Notes: generated from the letters alone by a model not told the origin. Positions 9,258 to 19,178 are shown, counted from the first letter of the stretch. The stretch: 64,000 nt of DNA from an uncultured Gemmatimonadales bacterium (GCA_963695555.1 CAVOGR010000001.1:576001-640000); one strand, 5' to 3'. Program-made: numbers and translations.

Positions 9258-11327
9258 TTACTGCCCAGTCGCACGGGTCGAGTCGGCAGCGGGCGCTGCC
9301 TGCGGCGCCATCCGGTGGCATCCATCGCACGGCAAGGGTGCGTTGTGGTCGACGCGATCGACGTGGCAGGTGGTGCAGACCTGCCGGCTCCATCCGGTCA
9401 GGTTCTTCACGGCCTCGCCGTGACATTGGACGCACGCCACGGTATGCGCGATCGCCTTCGTGTGTTTGGCCTTGACGCCGTCTTCCGGCCGGTGACAGTT
9501 GAGGCAGGTGGCCTTGGGTTGGTGATGCGAGTCGTGGCACGATTCGCAGTTGAGGTCCGTGGCCTTCATGCTCGGCGCCTTGTGGCAGGTAGCGCAGCTG
9601 AGGTCCGCGGTGAGATGGGTCTGATGCGGGAAGAGATCGCCGCCGGCCGTGGCGATCGTGCCCTCGGGCGCGCCGGAACCCCCCTGGTGGCACCGGGCGC
9701 AGTCCAGCGGTTGCGCCGCCGCGCGGTGATGACAGGACTGACAGTCGGCCGCCGACCCGAGCCGGGTCTTGCCGTGGTCCTCGATGGGTGTGTGGCAGGC
9801 CGTGCAGGCCAGACCGCCGCGCAGCACGTGCCGTTCGTGGCTGAACGATGTGCCCTTGAAGTCGACCGTCTTCCGTTCCGTGCCCAGGTGGCATTGCAGG
9901 CAGACGTTGGCGGTCACCGACGGTCCGAGGTCCACCGTGGGCACTGTGTAGGGCAGCCGGCCGGCAGTGACTGCCTGGCGCACAAACTGAAGCGTCTGGC
10001 GCAACAGTTCGTCCGCGAAGGCGATGTTGTGTGCCCCTTTGCCGTCCTGCACCAGCGCGACGTTGTCGTCCGCCAATTGGAAGAGCGAGTCGACCGCGGC
10101 CCGGGTCCGGACCGACGCGGCACCGCGCGTGCCCTTGGCACTTCGCACGACGCTGGCCACCCGGTCCACCTTCCGGTTCATCTCCTTCTGCCAGGCGGGC
10201 AGGATGTTGGCGTAGCGGGTCCCGTGGCATGACAAGCACGCCGCTTCCCCAGCCATCGAGACCTGCTCGTGTCCCTTCACCTGGGTCGTCAGCTCGTGGC
10301 ACCCCTTGCACGACACGTTGGCCAAGTACATCGAGCTCGGCATGGCCTCGGTGCCGTGACCACCGATTCCGGCATAGAGCTTCCGCTGCTGATCGTGCGT
10401 TTGTTTGTGGCACGAGCGGCAGTCGAGGTCGAAGGTCTCGCTGTGAGACAAGACCCGGTGTTCGATCGGGAGGTGGCACTGGGCGCACTCGACGTTGTGC
10501 TCCGCGATATGGATCTGGTGCATCACCGTCGTATTGCCGAACTGCTCGATCCGCTCGGGTTCGTTGTGGCAAATGAAGCAGCGCGACTGCTCGGCCGTGC
10601 CCAAGCCATCCGTGACGTTGTCGTGGCAGGACACACACGAAACCAGGTCGCGGACGTAATCCTCGTGATCGACGGTGAAACCGGCCGGCGACACCACCCG
10701 CGGCGGTGTCGGATGGCACCCGACGCAACCGCCGATGGGGTCGCCGGCCGGGCGGCCCTTGAAGTGGCAGAGGAAGCAGGTGGAGGCCGTCACGGTGAGG
10801 TGTTGGCCCTGCACGATCTGCGAGTGGCAGCTGGTGCAGCGGAGGTCCTTCCCCCGCCTGAGCTCGCCGAGATGAGACGAGTGGTCGAAGCGGACGCCCT
10901 CGAAGCTGACCTCCCCTTCCAACTGACGGGTCACATGGCAGCCTGAGCGGAGACACGCGGCGTCTTCGATCTCGGCCCACGGCCTGAGGCCGTAGGTGCC
11001 CGTCACGTATTTCACGACTTGATTTGCCGCCTGGAGTTTGCCCATGGCCTCCGCTTTGATGCCGGGCGCGTAATGGCACTGGATGCATGGCACGAAGTTG
11101 TGGGAGGACGTCTTCCAGGACTCGTAGTACGGGACCATGTTGTGGCAGTTGTTGCAGAAGCCCGGCTGCGCGCTGTACTCCACGAAGCCGACCGTTCCCA
11201 CGCCTGCAAGGATGACCAGCAGAATGCCAAACTGAATGGCCAGGCGCAGCGGGCGGGCGCGGAATATGGCCGACAGCCCGCGAGCGCTGGAACTCACCTT
11301 CTCCTGGGGTTCGTCAGGCGTGGTCAT
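9258..11327 (-). CDS. NapC/NirT/NrfH-type membrane-anchored cytochrome extended to 21 CxxCH + 1 CX4CH
   Basis: N-terminal TM helix followed by FCNNCHNMVPYYESWKTSSH...PCIQCH (NrfH/NapC signature CxxCHxM); 21 canonical motifs plus CLRSGCH. Confidence 0.85.
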   Translation of the reverse strand: MTTPDEPQEKVSSSARGLSAIFRARPLRLAIQFGILLVILAGVGTVGFVEYSAQPGFCNNCHNMVPYYESWKTSSHNFVPCIQCHYAPGIKAEAMGKLQAANQVVKYVTGTYGLRPWAEIEDAACLRSGCHVTRQLEGEVSFEGVRFDHSSHLGELRRGKDLRCTSCHSQIVQGQHLTVTASTCFLCHFKGRPAGDPIGGCVGCHPTPPRVVSPAGFTVDHEDYVRDLVSCVSCHDNVTDGLGTAEQSRCFICHNEPERIEQFGNTTVMHQIHIAEHNVECAQCHLPIEHRVLSHSETFDLDCRSCHKQTHDQQRKLYAGIGGHGTEAMPSSMYLANVSCKGCHELTTQVKGHEQVSMAGEAACLSCHGTRYANILPAWQKEMNRKVDRVASVVRSAKGTRGAASVRTRAAVDSLFQLADDNVALVQDGKGAHNIAFADELLRQTLQFVRQAVTAGRLPYTVPTVDLGPSVTANVCLQCHLGTERKTVDFKGTSFSHERHVLRGGLACTACHTPIEDHGKTRLGSAADCQSCHHRAAAQPLDCARCHQGGSGAPEGTIATAGGDLFPHQTHLTADLSCATCHKAPSMKATDLNCESCHDSHHQPKATCLNCHRPEDGVKAKHTKAIAHTVACVQCHGEAVKNLTGWSRQVCTTCHVDRVDHNAPLPCDGCHRMAPQAAPAADSTRATGQ

Positions 11328-12564
11328 TGCTGTCCGTGCCCTTCTGCCGCGGTCGCCCCAGCCGGAACCCGGCCAGCACGATGGCGGCCAACGCAAGGAA
11401 CCACACCGGCACCAACATCAGTCGGTGCTCCCAGCGCCGTTCCCGGCTCACTTCCGCGGTCTCCCGCACCTCCTTCGAGATCGACGCCACCCGTCGCCCC
11501 AAGTCGGATAGCAGTTCCAGGTCGAGGCTGTGTTGGACCTTGGCGATCTCCCGATAATCGGTGAGCGCCGTCTCATACCGGAACTTGGCATCGCTAACTC
11601 GGCGGCCCTGGCGGGTCAATTCGGCGATCGCATGCTCGGCCAGCACGAGCTCCTCGCGTGCCCGCACCACCTGGGTTTGAATCTCGACTCCGACCAACGC
11701 TGCCCGGCTGTCGCCCGTATGGCATCGGGTGCAGAGTGCTGCGATTTCCTCCGGCGGCACCGGCTCGGTGCCGTGGTTGCTGTGACAGGCCAGGCACCCG
11801 GGGATCTTGCCGGCGCTCGCGGCCTTCCCATGCGGCCCGTTGTGGAACTCCGCACCGAGCAGGACGTGGCACCGGTCGCACACGGTGGAAATCTCCGTGA
11901 TGGCCGGTGGCAGTGCTGCATGGGAACCATGGCACCCGATACAGGTGGGTGCGGCAAAGTTGCCCTGTTCGAACACCGCCACGCCATGGGCGCCGGCGCG
12001 GTACTTGGCGAACTGGTCGGTCGGGAGGCCGTACTTCTGCATCATCCCCGCATCGGAATGACACGCGGCGCAGGTGCTCGGAATGTTGGTCGGATAGACG
12101 TTGCTCCGGGCATCGGTGGGCCGCAGGATGGTGTGTGCGTCGTGGCAATCGGTGCAGGTCGGCGCATCGGCGTTCCCTTGCAGCAACACCTGGCCGTGGC
12201 GACTGGTCCGGAACTCCGCGAGCTCCCCCGCCGGCAGGCCGTACTGGCGCATCTGGTTGGGGTCCGAGTGACACGACGAACACTCCTCGGCGATGGCGAT
12301 CTTGTTCCTCGGATTGAATTTCATGCCGCGGTGGGCGCCGGCCGTCTCGAGGGATTTCGTGTTGCCGCCGTGGCAATCGGCGCATCGGATGCCCCGTTCG
12401 GAATGGACCCCCGCCGCAAAACTCCGGCGCTTGTCGGCATGGCAGGTGAGGCAGCTGTAGATCGTGTCTTGGCCGGCCTGCACTCCCAGGGACGGCGCGG
12501 ACGGAGTGACCCAGCCAGCGCTCGCAACCACGGCCGTCGCAAGGGTCACCCCCAGCATGCTCAT
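11314..12564 (-). CDS. Nonaheme cytochrome c with C-terminal coiled coil and TM anchor
   Basis: Signal peptide; CLTCH, CADCH, CSSCH, CTDCH, CAACH, CIGCH, CDRCH, CLACH, CTRCH; C-terminal LMLVPVWFLALAAIVLAGF. Confidence 0.85.
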   Translation of the reverse strand: MSMLGVTLATAVVASAGWVTPSAPSLGVQAGQDTIYSCLTCHADKRRSFAAGVHSERGIRCADCHGGNTKSLETAGAHRGMKFNPRNKIAIAEECSSCHSDPNQMRQYGLPAGELAEFRTSRHGQVLLQGNADAPTCTDCHDAHTILRPTDARSNVYPTNIPSTCAACHSDAGMMQKYGLPTDQFAKYRAGAHGVAVFEQGNFAAPTCIGCHGSHAALPPAITEISTVCDRCHVLLGAEFHNGPHGKAASAGKIPGCLACHSNHGTEPVPPEEIAALCTRCHTGDSRAALVGVEIQTQVVRAREELVLAEHAIAELTRQGRRVSDAKFRYETALTDYREIAKVQHSLDLELLSDLGRRVASISKEVRETAEVSRERRWEHRLMLVPVWFLALAAIVLAGFRLGRPRQKGTDSNDHA

Positions 12565-13808
12565 GGCGCCTCCGGGGTCGTGTCGGTGGTATCTGCCGGC
12601 CGCGGCAAATCGGGAATTGGTGCCCCGACTTCGCCCGGTGTTTGGACCGCCGGTGCCACGGCGGGGCTGACGGAGCGAATCTGCCGACCCGCCACCCAGC
12701 CGACCAGGAGCGCAGCAAAGAAGACGATTCCAAGGGCGAGCGGCAACGGCTGCTTGCGCAAGTGACGCTCGGGGTCGCGGTCGAACAGCGGCAGAAACAC
12801 GAGCGCGAGCCCGAGGATGACGAATCCGACGACTCCCCAGGGGCCTAGATAGCGCACCACCGCCAGGCCGACGCTCACCGGGGGCCAGGTCGTCACTAAG
12901 TCGCTGGGCACCTGATACGGGTTCGCCGGATCGCCAACCGGTCGCGGAAAGAGGACGGCAAACGTGATGACCAGCGCCACCACGACCACAGCGGTGATGA
13001 AGCTCCGCGAAAGGTGATCGGGATAGAATGGCCTTCCCGGCGCCTCATCGACCGTGCCGTCCACCGGCGGTGCCACACCGTGGCGGCGGACCAACGCAAA
13101 ATGGAAGGCCAGCAGGGCGAACGCGATCCAGGGCAACACGATCACGTGGAGGGCGAAGTAACGGCTGAGCGTGGCTCCCGACACGATCACGTCGCCTGTC
13201 AAGAGCGCCGTGGCCAGGGAGCCGACCACGGGAATCTTTTCGTAGCTCGCCAGCACCTCCACCGCCGTCCAATAGCTCCATTGGTCCCACGGAAGCAGAT
13301 ACCCGGTTGCTCCGAAGGCCACGATCACAATGAGGAGCAGCATGCCGATGAACCAGTTGGTTTCTCGCGGTGGCTTGTAGGCCATCTCGAAGAACACCCG
13401 GGCCAAATGGGCCAGCACCACCAGGACGATCAGGCTGGCCGACCATACGTGGACGTCACGGATCAGCCACCCGAACGACACGTCCGAGACGATGTGCTGA
13501 ATGCTCGGATAGGCCTCCTGGGCTGACGGACGGTAGTAAAAGGACAACAGCACGCCCGTGATCACCAGAATGGCAAAGAGGAGGTAAGTGATGCTGCCGA
13601 GCGCGTGCTTCCACCGCACGTGCGCGGGCAGTCGATGGGTCATGGCCTTCCGGAAGGCCTGGTCGATCGGGAGGCGGCGATCGATCGGGCCGTACAACAG
13701 CCCGAGCCACCGGACCACGCTCAGCAGGCTCGAGTCGGTGCTCGTTTTCACATCGGCCCAGAGCTGACCCAGCCATTCGGACATGGAGCTGCGCAGTCGA
13801 TTGGGCAT
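12561..13808 (-). CDS. Cytochrome b of bc/b6f type (b6 + subunit IV fused), divergent Qo site
   Basis: ITGVLLSFYYRPS, GWLIRDVHVWSAS...AHLARVF, GYLLPWDQWSYW, TLSRYFALHVIVLP...FH; four heme-b His present; PEWY replaced by TTWP. Confidence 0.9.
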   Translation of the reverse strand: MPNRLRSSMSEWLGQLWADVKTSTDSSLLSVVRWLGLLYGPIDRRLPIDQAFRKAMTHRLPAHVRWKHALGSITYLLFAILVITGVLLSFYYRPSAQEAYPSIQHIVSDVSFGWLIRDVHVWSASLIVLVVLAHLARVFFEMAYKPPRETNWFIGMLLLIVIVAFGATGYLLPWDQWSYWTAVEVLASYEKIPVVGSLATALLTGDVIVSGATLSRYFALHVIVLPWIAFALLAFHFALVRRHGVAPPVDGTVDEAPGRPFYPDHLSRSFITAVVVVALVITFAVLFPRPVGDPANPYQVPSDLVTTWPPVSVGLAVVRYLGPWGVVGFVILGLALVFLPLFDRDPERHLRKQPLPLALGIVFFAALLVGWVAGRQIRSVSPAVAPAVQTPGEVGAPIPDLPRPADTTDTTPEAP

Positions 13809-13813
13809 GGCGA

Positions 13814-14257
13814 TCAGGTCGTCACGTAGATGACGCCGCCGCGGACGTACACCGGGTACGGCCTGAGCGGCGTCGTGGTGAGCCCCGCGACCACATTGCC
13901 GCGCACATCATAGACCACGTACGTGCACGGAGAGACGACACGGAGCGACGCGGCGTCCCACTCCAGAATGCAACCGTCCGTGGGCGAAGTGCCCTGGAGC
14001 CCGAAGTACTCCTGGTCGCCGCGGCGGACCACCAGGATGATCTTGTCCCCCCAGTTCACCACCCGGCTGGCGCCAACGGGGAAGTCGGCCTCGCGAGCCA
14101 CCTGCGTGAACGGCTGGAGTTCGGGGAGTTGCAGGTGGCCTCCAGGCAGGAGATAGAGGAACACCGCAATGCCTGCCGCCATGGCCATGGAGAGAATCAC
14201 CCCGGCGAGCAAGAGCCCGTTGAACGTCAGTCTCGACCCCGGCCCATTCGCATCCAT
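13814..14257 (-). CDS. Rieske-fold membrane protein lacking [2Fe-2S] ligands (pseudo-Rieske)
   Basis: TM anchor; DFPVGASRVV, YDVRGNVVAG..PLRPYPV..RGGVIYV Rieske-like layout; box1 SPTDGC, box2 SPCT; directly upstream of cytochrome b. Alternative start at 14296. Confidence 0.75.
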   Translation of the reverse strand: MDANGPGSRLTFNGLLLAGVILSMAMAAGIAVFLYLLPGGHLQLPELQPFTQVAREADFPVGASRVVNWGDKIILVVRRGDQEYFGLQGTSPTDGCILEWDAASLRVVSPCTYVVYDVRGNVVAGLTTTPLRPYPVYVRGGVIYVTT

Positions 14258-14324
14258 GATGCTCCGTGCGTTCCTTTCAGGGGGTGTGGGCTGCATTTCG
14301 ATCGATGTCGGTCGGCACGGGAGA

Positions 14325-14341
14325 GGCAACTATCGCGCCGA
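14325..14341 (-). promoter_or_regulatory. Possible sigma-54 promoter for the MHC/cytochrome b operon
   Basis: Minus strand TCGGCGCGATAGTTGCC (GG-N10-GC, TTGC). Confidence 0.45.
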
Positions 14342-14414
14342 CCAGGTGAAAAGTGGGGGAACAGGACGATCCCCGGTGAAAGCGACCTAATAGTAGGTGA
14401 CTCCCTTCGGGTTC

Positions 14415-14437
14415 CGCAACGGAATCCGTTGCGACAC
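14415..14437. promoter_or_regulatory. 9-1-9 palindrome, candidate transcription factor or enhancer site
   Basis: CGCAACGGA-A-TCCGTTGCG in the divergent intergenic region; the 12-mer GTGTCGCAACGG recurs at 6425-6436. Confidence 0.45.
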
Positions 14438-14771
14438 TGCACCTTGTCCAGCATGGGGCCTGGGCTCGTGGGGAACCCTCGAGCCTAGGTGTTCCAGCGC
14501 TGTCTTGGTCGATGCGGCCGTCGCACCGCGGAGTTTCGGCATCCGGCTTCTGCTCGAGGCGTCCTGTACTGGACATGAACGCGGTGGAGACCAAGCCTCT
14601 GAGCCGGAATACTTAACTCGGAATTAAGACTTCCTTCATAAAAACTTCCTCATGTTGAGCAACCAGCGCCGGAGGCTGTGACCTTCCTGTATCCATTCCG
14701 GTTGCTGCCTCGCGTCCGTCGGCACATCGCTCCAGCTGTGCTCCTACCGTCTTGGGCCGGAGGCATGGGTC

Positions 14772-15924
14772 ATGTATCTCCCCACATCCCATCCGTGGAC
14801 CGAGGGTGAAACCCTCGGCGAGCAACTCGAAAGCCGCGGCGTATCGCGCCGAGACTTTCTCACCTACTGCGGCGACTTGTGCGTCGTCCTCGGAGTCGGA
14901 CGACTGGCCGCGCCGACCATGGCGCACGCGCTCCAGGCGACGACACGGCCGACCGTCATCTGGCTCCAGCTGCAGGAGTGCACCGGCTGCGTCGAGAGCG
15001 TGCTCCGAACGTCGGAGCCCACCATCGGCGATCTGGTGCTGGACCTCGTGTCGCTCGACTACCAGCACACCCTCATGGCGGCGCCGGCCACGCGGTGGAA
15101 GCCGCGCTCAAGCAGTCGATGGAAACCAATGCCGGGAAGTACGTGCTGCTGGTCACCGGCTCGGTCCCGCTCAACGAAGGCGGCATCTATACCACGATCG
15201 GCGGGCGGACGGCTAAGGAGATCCTCGAGGAGGCTGCCGCCGGTGCGGCGGCGGTCATCGCCGTCGGCGCCTGCGCGCACTGGGGCAACATCCAGGCGGC
15301 CCGGCCAAACCCGACCGGCGCGGTCGGGGTATCGGCGCTCGTCACCGACAAGCCGGTCGTCAACATCGCCGGCTGTCCGCCGATCGCCGACGTGGTGACG
15401 GCCACGGTGGTGCATTATCTCACGTTCGGAAGCCTGCCCAAGACCGACACGTCGGCCGTCCGCTGTTCGCCTACGGCGCGCGGATCCACGACCAGTGCCC
15501 GCGGCGGGCGCACTTCGATGCCGGGCAGTACGTCGAGGAGTTCGATGACGAGGCGGCCCGAAAGGGCTGGTGCCTCTACAAGATGGGCTGCAAGGGACCG
15601 GCGACGTTCTCGCCGTGCCCGATCTTCCAGTGGAACACCCGCACCAACTGGCCCATCGGGGCCGGGCATCCGTGCATCGGGTGCACCGAGCGGGGCTTCT
15701 GGGACACGATGACCCCGTTCTACGATCGCCTGCCGGGTATCGCGGGCTTCGGCGTCGAGCGGAACGTCGACCTCCTCGGTGCGGCACTGGCCGTCGGCGC
15801 CACCGCCGGCGTGGTGGCCCATGCGGCGGCGACCGGGGTGCAACAGGTCCGCGCAGGCAAGAAGCAGCGAGAGCTTCCGGTCATCGACACGCCGTCGGGC
15901 GACGAGGGAGGGCAGAATGGCTAG
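14772..15924 (+). CDS. hyaA: Group 1 [NiFe] hydrogenase small subunit (HyaA/HupS-like; frameshifted)
   Basis: Tat signal [48 protein letters not shown]-terminal TM helix; spread over ORFs 14772, 14879 and 15583. Confidence 0.92.
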
Positions 15925-17646
15925 AACCAAGGTCGTCGTCGACCCGATCACCCGGATCGAAGGTCACCTGCGGATCGAGGTGCAGGAGGAGAACGGCCGG
16001 ATCGCCGATGCGTGGGCGTCATCGACCCAGTTCCGCGGCATCGAGATCATCATGGAAGGCCGCGATCCGCGCGACGCCTGGGCCTTCACGCAGCGGATCT
16101 GCGGCGTCTGCACGGTGGTGCACGCGGTCGCGTCCTGCCGCGCCGTGGAGGACGCCCTCGACATCCGCATCCCGCCCAACGCGAACCTGATCCGCAACCT
16201 GGTCCACGGGATGCAGTTCGTGCAGGACCACGTGATCCACTTCTACCACCTGCACGCCCTGGATTGGGTGGACGTGGTGAGCGCGCTTGAGTGCCGATCC
16301 GGCGGCGACGCGCGCGGATCGCGCGCCAGATCTCGCCGTGGCCCAACAACTCGGCGACCTACTTCGCCGGAGGTGCAGGACCGGCTCAAGAAGTTCGTGG
16401 CCGGCGGCCAGCTGGGCATCTTCACCAACGGGTACTGGGGCCACCCGGCCTACAAGCTGCCGCCCGAGGTGAACCTGCTGGCGGTGGCGCACTATCTCGA
16501 GGCGCTCGACTGGCAGCGCGACGTGATCCGGCTGCACACGATCTTCGGCGGCAAGAACCCGCACCCGAACTTCCTGGTCGGCGGCATGGCGTCGGCCATC
16601 AACCTCGACGACACGGCCACGATCAACGCCGAGCGGCTGACCGACATCCAGGACATGATCAAGCGGGCCCAGCGCTTCGTCGAGGAGGTGTACTGGCCCG
16701 ACCTGCTGGCGATCGCCGGCTTCTACAAGGAGTGGGCCGCCATCGGCGGCGGCATCGGCAACTATCCTGGCCTGCGGTGAGTTCCCGGAGGGCGACATCC
16801 GCGACACCGACTCGCTACTACTTCCCGCGCGGAGTCATCCTCGGACAAGAACCTGAGCGAGGTGCTGCCCTACGACCAGCAGAAGGTCAAGGAGTACATC
16901 ACGCAGCTCGTGGTACGAGTATCGAGGCGGCGACGACGTGGGGCTGCACCCGTACGACGGCGAGACCAAGGCCGAAGTACACCGGCCCGCCGACGCCGTG
17001 GACGTACCTCCAGGACGACGACAAGTACACCTGGATGAAGTCGCCGCGGTACGACGAGACTGCCGATGGAGGTCGGGCCGCTGGCCCGGCATGCTGGTGG
17101 CGTACGCCTCCGGACACGAGGACGTACAGGGCGATGGTGACGGAGGTGCTCGGCCGGCTGGACGTCGGCCCGGCGGCCCTGTTCTCGACCCTGGGCCGGA
17201 CGGCGGCGCGCGGCATCGAGACGGTGCTGCTCGCGCGCCGGATGAAGGCCTGGTACGACCACCTGGTTGGCCGGATCAAGGGCGGCGACACCGCAGACCT
17301 TCAACGGCGACACGTGGGATCCCGACCACCTGGCCGGCCACGGCCCAGGGCTACGGCTACCTGGACGCGCCGCGCGGCGCGCTGGGCCACTGGGTCCAGA
17401 TCGAGGACGGCAAGATCTCGCGCTACCAGTGCGTGGTGCCCAGCACGTGGAACTGCTCGCCGCGGGACGCGCAAGGGCAGATCGGGCCCTACGAGGCGGC
17501 GCTGATGGACAACCATCCGCTGGTCGATCCGGAGCAGCCGATCGAGATCCTGCGGACCATCCACTCGTTCGATCCGTGCATGGCGTGCGGCGTCCACGTG
17601 CTCGATGCCACAGGGGAAGCTCGTGACGGAGGTGAAGGTCCAATGA
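15917..17646 (+). CDS. hyaB: Group 1 [NiFe] hydrogenase large subunit (frameshifted)
   Basis: [12 protein letters not shown]1 [38 protein letters not shown]2 [11 protein letters not shown] plus cleavable C-terminal tail. Confidence 0.93.
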
Positions 17647-18424
17647 CCAACGCACGACAACGACCGTGGCCCGGGGGCGAGGCGCCCTGGCCGCTCCGCC
17701 AAGACAAGGTCCGGCCGTCGCTGGGTGTACCTCTGGCACTGGCCGCTCCGGGCGATGCACTGGATCTCCGCCGTGCTGCGTCACCGTCCTGGTCGTCACC
17801 GGCCTCTACATCGGCAGGCCGTACTTCTGACCAGCTCGGGCGACGCGCCGCGACCATTCCTGATGGGCTGGATCCGCTTCATCCACTTCACGGCGGCCGG
17901 CGATCTTCGTCGCTACCGCCATCGTCCGGGTCTACTGGCTGTTCATCGGGAACCAGTTCGAGCGGTGGCAGCGCGCTCTTTCCGTGTGCGGACCACGCAG
18001 CTGGAAGAACATGTGCGAGGTGTTCGAAGAAGTACCTCCTGATCGAACCGGAACGGGCTCCGCACTACCTGGGGCACAACCCGCTCCAGCAGGTCACCTA
18101 CTCGCTACTGTATCTGATCGCCATCGTGCAGGTCGTGACCGGCTTCGCGATGTACGGACTGTCGAACCCGGGCGGGTTCTTCTACACGCTGTTCGCCTGG
18201 GTCGGCCCGCTCTTCGGCGGGACCCAGATCGTCCGGCTTCGCTCCACCACGTGCTGACCTGGTTCTTCGTGATCTTCCTGCCCGTCCACATCTACTTCAC
18301 CGTCCGGGCCGACGCGTTGCACCGCGAAGGGCGGATCTCCTCGATGGTCAGCGGCGGACGCTTCGTGCGCGACGACCTCCAGTACGTGGATGAGCACAAA
18401 CTCGAGCAGCCGTATGAGGAGTGA
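17643..18424 (+). CDS. hyaC: Ni/Fe-hydrogenase b-type cytochrome subunit (frameshifted)
   Basis: YLWHWPLRAMHW, MGWIRFIHF, GHNPLQQVTY, LHHVLTW...VHIY, ISSMVSG. Confidence 0.88.
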
Positions 18425-18925
18425 CGTGGCCGCCGCGACGACCGTCATCGGGCTCGGCAGCCCCCTGATGGCCGACGACGGGCTCGGCCTCGTCGTGCTC
18501 GAGATCCTCAGGGAGCGGTGGTCCTTCGATCCCCCCGTCGAGCTGGTGGACGGCGGGACCTGGGGCATGAACCTGCTGCCCCTCATCGAATCGGCCGGCC
18601 GGCTCCTCCTGGTGGACGCCATCAACACCGGCGCCGAGCCGGGAACCTGTATCGTACTCGAACGGGACCAGTTACCGATGTTCCTGTCGGCCAAACTCTC
18701 CCCGCACCAGATCGACCTCCGGGAGGTCTTGGCCCTGGCCGAATTCCGCGGTACCCTCCCACGAGACACGGTGGCCATCGGGCTGCAGCCGGCGCTGGTC
18801 GAAATGGGCATCGGCCTGAGCCCGCTCATCCAGAGCAGATGGACGTCGTCCTCGCCCGGGTCGTCGAGCGTCTCGAGGCGTGGGGGCACGCAGCCCGGGA
18901 ACACGCCGCCTCGTTGCATGCATGA
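18414..18925 (+). CDS. hyaD: Hydrogenase maturation endopeptidase (HyaD/HybD family; frameshift near 3' end)
   Basis: VIGLGSPLMADDGLG, LVDGGT, LLLVDA, SPHQ, IGLQP. Confidence 0.88.
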
Positions 18926-19178
18926 GATGAGCCTCGCTCACGAGGTGTGCCGCATCACCGAGGCACACGTCGGGGCGGATCACCTATCCCAGGTCGTCGA
19001 GGTCGGGGTCGAGGTCGGAGACCAGGCCGGCGTCGAGGTCGACAACCTGGAATTCTGTCTCGAGGCTCTGCTGTCCAGTCCGCCGTTCGGTCACGGCCGG
19101 CCGGCGATCACGCGCCTGGATGGCACCGACTTGCGGGTCAGCTATGTGGAGGTCGACGATGGCAGTCCGGACGATTGA
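18918..19178 (+). CDS. hypA: HypA nickel chaperone, short form without Zn finger (86 aa)
   Basis: N-terminal MHEMSLA, VEVGDQAGVEVDNLEFC, C-terminal GTDLRVSYVEVD; no CxxC pairs. Confidence 0.82.
   Translation: MHEMSLAHEVCRITEAHVGADHLSQVVEVGVEVGDQAGVEVDNLEFCLEALLSSPPFGHGRPAITRLDGTDLRVSYVEVDDGSPDD

Noticed and set aside
18390..19178. Apparent HyaD-HypA fusion ORF
   Set aside because: A frameshift near 18835 explains it; the HyaD C terminus is in another frame ending at 18925, overlapping the hypA MHE start
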